DNA from: a virus
Taxonomy: Duplodnaviria > Caudoviricetes
Direction: 5' to 3' (one strand)
DNA: 64,000 nucleotides
Virus record (IMG/VR): IMGVR_UViG_3300048819_000142
Location: 52,844 to 116,843 of that record
Shown here one piece after another: positions 1 to 8,511 of the stretch. A program made the position numbers and the translations under genes. Under the pieces are notes generated by a model. That model did not search any database. It was not told the DNA's origin and was given only the letters and a program-made list of their open reading frames with translations. Within the stretch, counting starts at the first letter, position 1. Each line of letters starts with the position of its first letter.

Positions 1-10
1 CCTTGTTGGC

Positions 11-397
11 GTGGCCGTCTCACTTTTCATGAAAATGCCACACGCGCTACAAGTTTTATTCTGGGTAATGATAGCGGACCTGATTTCGGGTATCATTGCC
101 AGTGGTATCAAGAAGCAGCTCTGCAGCGCACGCGGGTATGTTGGGGCTAAGAAGAAAACCCTGATGTGGATCATGCTTGGCGTGGCGCACTTGGCGAATC
201 AGACTATTAACTTCGGAGTCGATTTTGACTCAGCGCTGGCGATATACTTCATCATCAACGAGATCTTGTCTGTGGCTGAAAACTGCAATCGTGCAGGAGT
301 TAAGCTACCGGATTGGTTGGAGACGAGGCTTGTTGCTGCGAGGGATATGGATCCTGGTGCGGGTGAACACGGCAAAACAAAGTCGCAAAACGCTTAG
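11..397 (+). CDS. Phage holin (Phage_holin_4-like); true start may lie upstream of the window
   Basis: Hydrophobic segments plus D.ISG..A, G..KK and NE..S..EN...G..LP motifs typical of this holin family. Confidence 0.75.
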   Translation: MAVSLFMKMPHALQVLFWVMIADLISGIIASGIKKQLCSARGYVGAKKKTLMWIMLGVAHLANQTINFGVDFDSALAIYFIINEILSVAENCNRAGVKLPDWLETRLVAARDMDPGAGEHGKTKSQNA

Positions 398-425
398 TTA
401 ATTCGGACACACTCAACAGAGAATT

Positions 426-530
426 TTTGACCATAGGTCAATATCTCTTAGGTTCATTGGTTTCACAGACATTCATCTTCGTTGCGGAGGGGATGACCAA
501 AATGACATACTGCCATCACCTTGGTCATCC
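426..530. repeat. Dispersed TGACCA-N60-TGACCA element, copy 1
   Basis: TTTGACCATAGG...GTTGCGGAG-N3-ATGACCA; hexamers start at 428 and 494; followed by inverted repeat ggatgaccaa/ttggtcatcc (491-530). Confidence 0.8.
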
Positions 531-585
531 TTGAGTCCACTTGATATATCGCAGATATACACTACCGACTCAGTATTTATTTGCC

Positions 586-2085
586 CTAGATCCCTTCTCC
601 GATTAGCCAGCGCCAATTGGAGGAAACGATTTCATCGGTCAGTTTTTTCTTGTTCTTCAGTACACGGATGATCTTGTCGTCCACGGTGCCCCTGGTGCGT
701 AGATCAATGTACAACACAGAGGGATTCTCGCCCGGTGCATGTATTGCGCCCTTCTGCCCGATTCGATGCGCACGATCTTCAGACTGTTCCCTGGCCTCCA
801 GATTATAGCTGTTGGAGTAGTATATAACGGTTGTGGCTTGCGTCCATGTGTTGCCCCACTTACCTGTGTCGGGATTGGAGACCATGAATCGGACCGGGGA
901 CTCTGGATCCTGGAAAGCTTTTTTCGCGTACCGCCTATCGTCATCATCGGTATCACCATAATACTCGACGACCGACTGCTTGCCGAATTTTTCGTGAATA
1001 CCAGCGAGAATCTGCCGTATGTTGTAGCGATAGTTGGCCCAGATGATTACCTTGCCAGGGGCCTGGCCGAGGAGGTTCATCAGTGTCTCAAGCCTCTCGT
1101 TTGGCTCACCGAATGGGACCTCCTCCATGTGGTCCGGCTTCAAGAACCCGCAGGCAATCTGGTGAAGGCGAAGGAGCTGGGTAATGACCATTTGTGCGGT
1201 AACCTGAGACCCGTCCTCGAGCATCATGTAAGCGTCTTCCAACATCTTATTGTATGCTTCGGTCTGCCTTGGGCCCATGCCGATGTCAATGGACTGGTAG
1301 ACCTTCGGAGGAAGATCCAGGCAATCAGCCTTCTTGATAATGAACGAGAACTGGCGCATCAATCGCTTGAGCGCCTCCAGATCTCGGTAGCCAACCACCT
1401 TGTTGAATGATTGCTTGCCGAGTTTTTGCTCTTGCATGACTGCGAATCGGTTACGGTACGCAAAGTAATTCGCGAAGCCCATCTGGTTGCGCTTCAGGAA
1501 TTCGCTCTGACTGTACAGATCCAACGGGCCGTTGGGTATTGGATTACCGCTGCAGATTCGTCGGTACTTGGCATACTTCCCGACGTTGATCATGATCTTT
1601 GTGCGTTTCGCATTGGGATTCTTGATCGTAGTTGATTCGTCGACGGTCGTTATCGTCGGAAATTTCTGCATAAACTTGACGACCTCTTCGACCGCCTTCT
1701 CACTGTTCATCGCCTCGATGTTAACCACCAGTGTCCTCAGGAAGTTGCCCTCCTGGTAGAGTTTGCGAATAGCGTCCCGCTCATCCTTCCTGGCATAGGA
1801 CGACCAGTAGGCAACCTCATGCTTCACTGCGTCAGTCATGTGGGTTGGGAGCTCACTCTCTACCCAGTTCAAGTACACGCCCTTGGGGGCGACGATTACC
1901 TGCCCTTGCACTTTTCCTGACATGTGGAGGTATGCCGCGTTGTCGATGATGACCTTGCTCTTTCCAGTGCCCATCTCCATAAAGAGTGCATAGGATTCCC
2001 GATCCTTGCACAGGCGCCAGCAGTCTAGCTGGTGCTTGTAGGGGTCCTTCTTGAACGGAAATTCTGTGTACGTTATCTCACCCAT
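586..2085 (-). CDS. SNF2-family (SF2) helicase
   Basis: MEMGTGKS Walker A, DEST box, SGNP motif III, QSEDRAHRIGQ motif VI; likely start MGEITY at 2085. Confidence 0.9.
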   Translation of the reverse strand: MGEITYTEFPFKKDPYKHQLDCWRLCKDRESYALFMEMGTGKSKVIIDNAAYLHMSGKVQGQVIVAPKGVYLNWVESELPTHMTDAVKHEVAYWSSYARKDERDAIRKLYQEGNFLRTLVVNIEAMNSEKAVEEVVKFMQKFPTITTVDESTTIKNPNAKRTKIMINVGKYAKYRRICSGNPIPNGPLDLYSQSEFLKRNQMGFANYFAYRNRFAVMQEQKLGKQSFNKVVGYRDLEALKRLMRQFSFIIKKADCLDLPPKVYQSIDIGMGPRQTEAYNKMLEDAYMMLEDGSQVTAQMVITQLLRLHQIACGFLKPDHMEEVPFGEPNERLETLMNLLGQAPGKVIIWANYRYNIRQILAGIHEKFGKQSVVEYYGDTDDDDRRYAKKAFQDPESPVRFMVSNPDTGKWGNTWTQATTVIYYSNSYNLEAREQSEDRAHRIGQKGAIHAPGENPSVLYIDLRTRGTVDDKIIRVLKNKKKLTDEIVSSNWRWLIGEGI

Positions 2086-2298
2086 GTCTGTGCATCCCCG
2101 AAGATTAGCCTCTCCACGTTCTTCCTTGGCATAGAGGCTAAGTAAGAACTTTGTCTTTGGGCTCGGGCGACAGCTCGTCGCCGGCCCCATGCTCGAAAAA
2201 ACCGAACTGTTGCTGTGAACATAAAGGTTATAAGTTTAAGGTGGTGTTACCATTGTAACATACTTTTAGCTGTATGTTTCTATGTACCGCAGCGGACC

Positions 2299-2332
2299 TG
2301 ACCATATTTGGTCATCTGACCATATTTGGTCA
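2299..2332. repeat. Two tandem palindromes TGACCATATTTGGTCA next to an AT-rich tract (candidate origin or operator)
   Basis: Exact copies at 2299-2314 and 2317-2332; AT-rich 2215-2285. Confidence 0.8.
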
Positions 2333-2339
2333 CCTGTTT

Positions 2340-3854
2340 TCAAAAATCGAAGTTGAGGTTCGTCCTTGGCATGACGAGGTTTAAGGACTGCCTGCACCTT
2401 GTCGCCGCCACATACCACACTCGCACCTCATCGTCGTAATTGGTCTGCATGTTGTTGTGGCAGCGGTAAGACATGTCAGTGACGAGTAAGACGTGGTCAG
2501 CCTGACCGCCCTTTGACGCATGAATTGTGCTGATCTTAATTCGTGGTTCCTTGAGGAGCGATTCCTTGCGTCGTAGAGCCGCGCGGAAGAATTCTCGTTC
2601 CTTGTCCGAGATCTTAGCCAGCGCTGTGTACCACACATCCTGGGTCCTCAACCCCAGGCGCACGAGCTCTGGCATCGAGTACATACGGTCATTCTCGTCA
2701 GCCTTTAATTTCTTCATCAGCACGGTCGAGGTCCAGTGAGCTGGAATATACTTCAGTGTCTCTAAGACCCGTTCCGCAGATTCTTCATTACCTTTACGTA
2801 AATTCTCCCAGACTCGAACTGCCGATAGCGCAGGACTCTTCAGCGGGTCGCGGTTCACAGAGTTAAAGGAGAACCCCTGGCTCATGCACCAATCCTCTAG
2901 TTCATCGAGCATGTAACCGTTCCTGGCAAGGAGGAGCCATGTCCCCTTGGATAGGTCTACCTCTTCGATGTTGCCGAACCAGTTGACCGATCCTATCTCT
3001 AGTCGTGGCGCCCAGATCTTTGGGCGTCGTTGGGAAATGCGATTGGACACAGAATCAGCAAGCGTGTGGACGGTGCTAGGTATCCTGTAGCTTATATCCA
3101 GGACACGCGCCCTACCGGGGAGGTTTATGAATTTTGATACATCTGCTCCACTCCATTTATAGATGGCTTGGTCGTCGTCTCCTGCTACATATACTTCTTT
3201 CGCATTGGTCGAGATCAGCTCGACAGCGTCCCACTGAAGAAGACTCAGGTCCTGAGCTTCGTCAATAATTAGCACGTCTAGTTGAGGCAGTGTGCTTACT
3301 TGCGATAGGCAAAATCGCTCGAGTAGATCTGTGAAATCTGACAGGCTCCTGCTTCTCTTGAAGGACTCAAGGGCTTTTGCAAATCGGTCAAGTTCCCACC
3401 AGTCAATCTCGTCCTCGAACGCCTCGTTCCAAACGTCCTTCAACGGTCGCTTGATATTGCGCGCGAGACCTTCGAGGAACAGCATCCGGTCTGCTGAGTT
3501 CATGCCGTATACGTCGTCTTCCGCTATCTCGCCTCGGCCCTTGAAATCGATACCGAGCATTCTACCGAGTTCCCTAATGTGCGGCCACCCCACCATCTGG
3601 TCTCGACGCATTCCAAGGTACTTGAATGCCATCGAATGCAGGGTCCTGAAGTGTGGGAGATCTTCAGGAGCAATGCCAAACTTCTCAGATGCCCTTGACT
3701 TACCTTCTTCAGCAGCTTTCTTAGTGAAGCTGATGAACCCGATCTTGTTCGGTTTGATACCGCGTGCCAGGACGCCTTCCACGACTTCAAGCAGCGACGT
3801 GGTTTTCCCAGTTCCCGGCGGCCCAACAATAATGTTAGTGTTTTTGGAGTTCAT
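2340..3854 (-). CDS. UvrD/Rep-like SF1 helicase
   Basis: GPPGTGKT, FRTLHS, IIDEAQD, GDDDQAIY, STIHASKG, YVAATR. Confidence 0.93.
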   Translation of the reverse strand: MNSKNTNIIVGPPGTGKTTSLLEVVEGVLARGIKPNKIGFISFTKKAAEEGKSRASEKFGIAPEDLPHFRTLHSMAFKYLGMRRDQMVGWPHIRELGRMLGIDFKGRGEIAEDDVYGMNSADRMLFLEGLARNIKRPLKDVWNEAFEDEIDWWELDRFAKALESFKRSRSLSDFTDLLERFCLSQVSTLPQLDVLIIDEAQDLSLLQWDAVELISTNAKEVYVAGDDDQAIYKWSGADVSKFINLPGRARVLDISYRIPSTVHTLADSVSNRISQRRPKIWAPRLEIGSVNWFGNIEEVDLSKGTWLLLARNGYMLDELEDWCMSQGFSFNSVNRDPLKSPALSAVRVWENLRKGNEESAERVLETLKYIPAHWTSTVLMKKLKADENDRMYSMPELVRLGLRTQDVWYTALAKISDKEREFFRAALRRKESLLKEPRIKISTIHASKGGQADHVLLVTDMSYRCHNNMQTNYDDEVRVWYVAATRCRQSLNLVMPRTNLNFDF

Positions 3855-4018
3855 TTCTGTAAATCCAGGCCATACGTAATGATGACAACTATTCCTCTGT
3901 TTTTTAGGTCCGTGGCGATGTAGTCGGGCAACGGCTCCCTATCCCCAGATTTATGCTTGCCTCCATACGACGTTATATACTCAACAACGTGGTACAGGGT
4001 TTTAGAGTGCTTCTTCAT
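3851..4018 (-). CDS. Small hypothetical protein
   Basis: Fills the gap between primase and helicase with overlapping start/stop; start MKKHSK. Confidence 0.5.
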   Translation of the reverse strand: MKKHSKTLYHVVEYITSYGGKHKSGDREPLPDYIATDLKNRGIVVIITYGLDLQK

Positions 4019-5534
4019 TGTTCTGCGCCTCGTCAGGTATGGGGAATCCTTCTGTTTGCTTAGCAAACTCTGGGATCGACCAGTAGTTGACGCCACGACC
4101 CTTTATGTTGTTGAAGTGGTGCTCAGCACCTGCGTCCTTAAGCATGGACGCAATCTTCGTACTCTTGAATTCGAAAAACTTGTGGCGACTCAGGAATGCC
4201 AGCATATCGGCCATCCTAAAGAATGTCCTACCCTTCTCGGAGAAAGGCTTGCCAAGCACTATCTCCTCCAGGTTTAAGGCTTGCGCCCTACCCGTGCAGA
4301 ACTTCTCCATCATTTCCCAGAATTGTCCTTCTGGAGAAGCGTCAACTGGCGCTTCAATAACCGTCACAGTATCCATTGCGTGCTGGACAGCTGCTTGCCA
4401 AGCAGGTGCGCCTGGGACTTGAGGCATAACATTTAGGTAATCCATGCAGCGTCGTTGAAACGCCCTGGGGTCCTGGATATCGGCTGTTGATAGCTCCATG
4501 CGAACGCCGTCAACCGTCCAAAACCAAATAGGCGGCTTTGTGTTCAGCTTAGTCATTCCACCGAGCGCTGGGAATCTTCCGGTAGTTCCACTACCGACAC
4601 CAAATTTTCTTGTCCTACATAGGGCTGCGTTACAGTGCTGTGCTATCGGCTGCTTCGTACATCCGTACGAGAAGTCCTTCTTACGGAGCGACTTAATCAG
4701 CCCCTGTACCTCTGGCATGGTAAGGGGTGGTTGCATGAACTTGTGATTGGCTTCGTCTAAAGCCGTCTCCCAGTTATCCGGATCAGACCTCTTCAGGAAT
4801 ACGCCAATGTTGTACAGGCCGTCGTTACGCGTTCCTGCTGGATACCCAATTTGTGAAAGTGCTTGTAGACAGGGGGGTCCATCCTCGAACTCCTTCGCAA
4901 CGACCAAGAGTTCCCTGAACCACTTGGTCGGAGCAAGGTTATCGTATGCATACTCGAGGAACTGTTCGGGGGACATTGCATCTCCCTCAGTAGTTACACA
5001 GTACCTCATTCCTCGAATGCCGTTAAAGTACGGCATGTTGATCCACTGACCAACGTCGCCTTGATCAGCCAGTATCTGAGATTGCTTTGGGAAGATCTCA
5101 GAACCGCCAAAGCCAAGGAATGCGGCAACTTCGCCCAACTTGGACTTCATGGTTGAGGCGAGAACTGGTTCAAACGAAAAGCAGTAGATATGCGCGCCAC
5201 CGGACTTAGTTCTGCAGAGTACTAGCGGGAGACCTAGTCTCACGATCTTTGCAGCTATGGCCCGAAGATCCAGGTTGTAGATGTCGACGTCGATAGCCCC
5301 GAACGAGGCGTGATTATCGTCCTTGATCGGTATGATTCCCAAGCCTTGTTTGCCAGCAAGGTGGGCTTCCCACAAGTCTTCAACTACTGCGCCACGGATT
5401 GTTTTTGCGGCCCCTACTTTTTTACCATCGCCTTCTCTTACTGCGTTTATATCGTAAGTACCATAGGCCCGATCCATGCCCGCGAACAAGCGCATGAATC
5501 GCTCGGCCAAGGCAGCTGTTACTGGCCGATCCAT
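4002..5534 (-). CDS. Archaeo-eukaryotic primase (AEP) / primase-polymerase with PriCT-like domain
   Basis: IDVD, RTKSGGAHIY, INMPY catalytic motifs; PPC..., GTRND PriCT-like region. Confidence 0.8.
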   Translation of the reverse strand: MDRPVTAALAERFMRLFAGMDRAYGTYDINAVREGDGKKVGAAKTIRGAVVEDLWEAHLAGKQGLGIIPIKDDNHASFGAIDVDIYNLDLRAIAAKIVRLGLPLVLCRTKSGGAHIYCFSFEPVLASTMKSKLGEVAAFLGFGGSEIFPKQSQILADQGDVGQWINMPYFNGIRGMRYCVTTEGDAMSPEQFLEYAYDNLAPTKWFRELLVVAKEFEDGPPCLQALSQIGYPAGTRNDGLYNIGVFLKRSDPDNWETALDEANHKFMQPPLTMPEVQGLIKSLRKKDFSYGCTKQPIAQHCNAALCRTRKFGVGSGTTGRFPALGGMTKLNTKPPIWFWTVDGVRMELSTADIQDPRAFQRRCMDYLNVMPQVPGAPAWQAAVQHAMDTVTVIEAPVDASPEGQFWEMMEKFCTGRAQALNLEEIVLGKPFSEKGRTFFRMADMLAFLSRHKFFEFKSTKIASMLKDAGAEHHFNNIKGRGVNYWSIPEFAKQTEGFPIPDEAQNNEEAL

Positions 5535-5557
5535 TCGGTCGTTCCCCTAAAATAGTG

Positions 5558-5590
5558 GGCAGGATCCCTGGTCCGAACGGGGATCCTGCC
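5558..5590 (-). terminator. GC-rich hairpin downstream of the SSB-like gene
   Basis: ggcaggatccc...gggatcctgcc followed by a short T-rich tract on the minus strand. Confidence 0.5.
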
Positions 5591-5639
5591 TTGGTCTTCA
5601 AGCTCGGGAGCTTGTCGGAAAGAGACCTGTGGATCGCTC

Positions 5640-6545
5640 CTAGAAGGGTACTCCTTCGCCGGCGCCCGCATGACCTTCCGCGTCTCCGACTTCGCCGTCG
5701 AATTCCTGCGGAGGAGCAGAGACACGGACGTTTCCGGACTCGACCTGCTTCGCGAATTCCCTTGCCATCTTATAGATGCTGACATCCTTGACCTGACCTT
5801 CGGAGATGATATTCCATCCGAACCAGTCGTAGGTGTCCTTCGCCTCGCCAACTGTCGTCAGGCGATACACATGGCTGTAGGACGGCGGATTGAAGACCCG
5901 GTTCTGTGCGTCGCGGAACATGATCCGGCGCATCACTGTGTTCCATGTCCTTGACTTCTTCAACTGCGTCGACGCCATCGAGATGACGGCGAATTCAGGG
6001 AACCCAGACTCCTCGTGCAGGACGAGTCCGAAGTGGTACGCGGTATCGATGATGATGTCCTTGCTCTCCGGGTCCCAAAGTTGACCGCGGTCGTTTCGGG
6101 GGAATTTCTTCAACGCCGGATCATTCTCGAGGTAGTGGCAAACGAGACCGCCGCCCGAGTCTCGGTTCTTCCAGCGCACTGCCTGCTTCTGATAGCCGCA
6201 GGGAATGAACAGGATTCCACCCGGGTCGTCGTCGGTCGCTTCTCCCGGTACGCACTTGCCCGTCACTGTGTTCATGATCATGCCGGACTCCGCACCCTTG
6301 ATGTGCTTAGCATTTGCGCGGCTGACCTGGGGACTTCCCTTCTGGAGGATGGAGATAAACGGGATAGCAAAGTCGTTGGCGCCGAGATTCGCCAGACCAC
6401 CACCAGCATCTTCCTGGAACATGTCCATTGAGGGAGCGACCACGACCATCTCGGTGGCGTCCCCGATCTTCTCAACTGCCGTTTCCTGAACCACTTCTTC
6501 GACTGGCGCTGCCGTAGCAGGCGCTATACCTTTCTTAGTTGCCAT
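5640..6545 (-). CDS. Putative ssDNA-binding protein
   Basis: Position in the replication module; acidic C-terminal tail ending PF; phage SSB-like LQ..SPQV and M.STQLK.SR.WN. Confidence 0.6.
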   Translation of the reverse strand: MATKKGIAPATAAPVEEVVQETAVEKIGDATEMVVVAPSMDMFQEDAGGGLANLGANDFAIPFISILQKGSPQVSRANAKHIKGAESGMIMNTVTGKCVPGEATDDDPGGILFIPCGYQKQAVRWKNRDSGGGLVCHYLENDPALKKFPRNDRGQLWDPESKDIIIDTAYHFGLVLHEESGFPEFAVISMASTQLKKSRTWNTVMRRIMFRDAQNRVFNPPSYSHVYRLTTVGEAKDTYDWFGWNIISEGQVKDVSIYKMAREFAKQVESGNVRVSAPPQEFDGEVGDAEGHAGAGEGVPF

Positions 6546-6563
6546 TTGCTCTTTCTGTTCTCC

Positions 6564-7181
6564 TTACTTCTTGACTTTGATGGATGCGATCTTCTTGACG
6601 TGAATTGAGAACACGTCGGTGGGAATCGGTAACCCTTCTTCTAACTGCTTTCGGACAAAAGCTTTCAGGGTCGAGGGATGCACTGACCTTGAACTTGTGA
6701 AACTGTACCCCTGGGTAGACAAAATATCAGCGAGCCGTTTGGCCTCGGCGTCCTGACCTTTACCGAACGGGCACTTCACTTCGTTCTTGATGATGCCGTC
6801 GTTGCCGGTTGCCTCCAACCACTCAAAGGCATCTTCCCGATTTTCTTCGGTAATACCAGCGTATACGTCCTCCTTGATTGTGACGAGAGAACCATCGAGC
6901 AGCTTAAACTCCGACAAGCCAAACGCTTGCACAGCATTCGGTAAGTCGTACTCCTTGACCTTCGACAGTTCTTCTTTCTTCTTCTTGAGTAGAGCCTCGA
7001 GCTCGGGGACGCTGGGGTCCATGAGTTCGAGGTCTGCGATGACTGCTTCATCGAGGCGTGACTCAAGCTTAAGCTGCTTGTTAGCCAGGTCCCCGACTGA
7101 TCTCAGGTCGGCGTCAGAAGGCGGCCGGATCGCCTGCTGCTGTTCGATAGCGTCCTGCGCTATCAGCTCATCGATGTTCAT
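6564..7181 (-). CDS. Conserved phage replication-module protein
   Basis: AFEWL...G..GIIK and VHPSTLKAFV motifs recurrent next to phage SSB genes; start MNIDEL. Confidence 0.6.
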   Translation of the reverse strand: MNIDELIAQDAIEQQQAIRPPSDADLRSVGDLANKQLKLESRLDEAVIADLELMDPSVPELEALLKKKKEELSKVKEYDLPNAVQAFGLSEFKLLDGSLVTIKEDVYAGITEENREDAFEWLEATGNDGIIKNEVKCPFGKGQDAEAKRLADILSTQGYSFTSSRSVHPSTLKAFVRKQLEEGLPIPTDVFSIHVKKIASIKVKK

Positions 7182-7188
7182 GGCTTTG

Positions 7189-7383
7189 TTAGTCCTTAAA
7201 TAGCACGGCACGAACTGCGCAATCCTTAGCTTCAAGGAGTTTGCGGAACGCAGAAGTCTTTTCGGGGTTGGATGGGAGAGCTTTTTCTAGCTCCTTTGCA
7301 AGTTCTCCAAAAGGCTTACTAACCTCTTGAAGATGCGGTGGAAGATGGCTATATTCAAAAAACTGAAGCAACGAATTTTTCAC
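7189..7383 (-). CDS. Small helical protein, possibly Acb2/Tad1-like hairpin domain
   Basis: FFEYSHLP...LP..PEKT..RKLLEAKD.AVRA resembles the Acb2-like helical hairpin pattern. Confidence 0.45.
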   Translation of the reverse strand: MKNSLLQFFEYSHLPPHLQEVSKPFGELAKELEKALPSNPEKTSAFRKLLEAKDCAVRAVLFKD

Positions 7384-7441
7384 TTTTTATTGACTCCTTT
7401 CAATTATATAACGCGGGAACACTTGGAAGTCCCGATATGTC

Positions 7442-7876
7442 TCAGTGCGGTAGCCCAAAGACCGCTCGCTTAACGCCCTCCCATTTGAAGGGTTTATGGC
7501 ACTGGAACAGTGGTTCTGGTAGCTCGTCCTTGTGTATTGAGAATGACTTGCTGTCAGTGCCGGGAATGTGCGTGGACATCATGACGGCTCTACCTTCCCA
7601 CACAATCATGTCGTCGTCCTTGCGGGCCACGATGAGTACTCGCCCGCCAACCCCTGTCCTCTTCATAATCCAAGTTTTCTGGCTGTTGCGAAAATATAGC
7701 CGATTCCCGTGCATGACTTTCAACTCTAGCCATGCCTCGACGCCGCCATGACAAGCTGTCACGTCTGATATACCAGTTCCCGCCGTATTCTCTATTCGAG
7801 ATAGGTGGGTGTCATCAGACTCCAGTCCGGCTTTGACCTGTTGCCAGAAGTAGCTTTCCTTGACTTGTACGCTCAC
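7442..7876 (-). CDS. PD-(D/E)XK nuclease (VRR-NUC / Holliday-junction resolvase-like)
   Basis: E..F...V, GISD, WLELK, Q..W motifs. Confidence 0.75.
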   Translation of the reverse strand: MSVQVKESYFWQQVKAGLESDDTHLSRIENTAGTGISDVTACHGGVEAWLELKVMHGNRLYFRNSQKTWIMKRTGVGGRVLIVARKDDDMIVWEGRAVMMSTHIPGTDSKSFSIHKDELPEPLFQCHKPFKWEGVKRAVFGLPH

Positions 7877-8177
7877 GGCAATGTCTCCTCTTCTGCACCT
7901 GCGGAATACATCATGAGCTCTTCATCTTCTTCACCAGCCATCGCTGTATTGCCTCCTGCGCGCATTTTTCGTGGACCCACAAGACTCGCAACGTCGACCC
8001 AGCGACCGCACTCTCTGTACGAAAAAGGTCCAGCATCCATTCGTATTCTTTGATTGTCCGTGTGCATATTGCGCAGTCCCTTGGTATCTTATCTTGTCTG
8101 TATGCCATGTTGTTCGGGACCCAGACTCCAGTGTCCAGGGCCAGCGTACGCGCCATAAGCTCCCTGGCCCTCACAGA

Positions 8178-8456
8178 TCATATCAGATCTCGCTCCATCA
8201 AGTGTGCGTTCTTCGCGTCGTAGGCCTTCAGCAAAGCGTCTCCCCGTCCGGCTTGCTCAACACGGAGCCTGCGAAGTTTTTCCTCCAGTTCAGCTTCGGT
8301 CAATTCCTGCTCGACCTGTTCGATCTGATGGTGCAACTTCGCCTCCTTCCTGTTGCGAAACAACGGAAAGAGTGGTACTCGCCGAAATAGCGGAATGACC
8401 ACCTCCGTAACGATGAAGAAAGCCACCAAGATCTCGATGAGCGATCGTGCGAACAT
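8178..8456 (-). CDS. Small membrane-anchored coiled-coil protein
   Basis: N-terminal hydrophobic helix, AAGGAG RBS, upstream promoter motif. Confidence 0.6.
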   Translation of the reverse strand: MFARSLIEILVAFFIVTEVVIPLFRRVPLFPLFRNRKEAKLHHQIEQVEQELTEAELEEKLRRLRVEQAGRGDALLKAYDAKNAHLMERDLI

Positions 8457-8476
8457 TAGTATATCTCCTTAAGTTC

Positions 8477-8507
8477 ATTTTACAACAGAATAATGCGGGT
8501 TAAACGG
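8477..8507 (-). promoter_or_regulatory. Phage CCG-N22-(-10) promoter
   Basis: Minus strand CCGTTTAACCCGCATTATTCTGTTG-TAAAAT. Confidence 0.7.
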
Positions 8508-8511
8508 GAAT

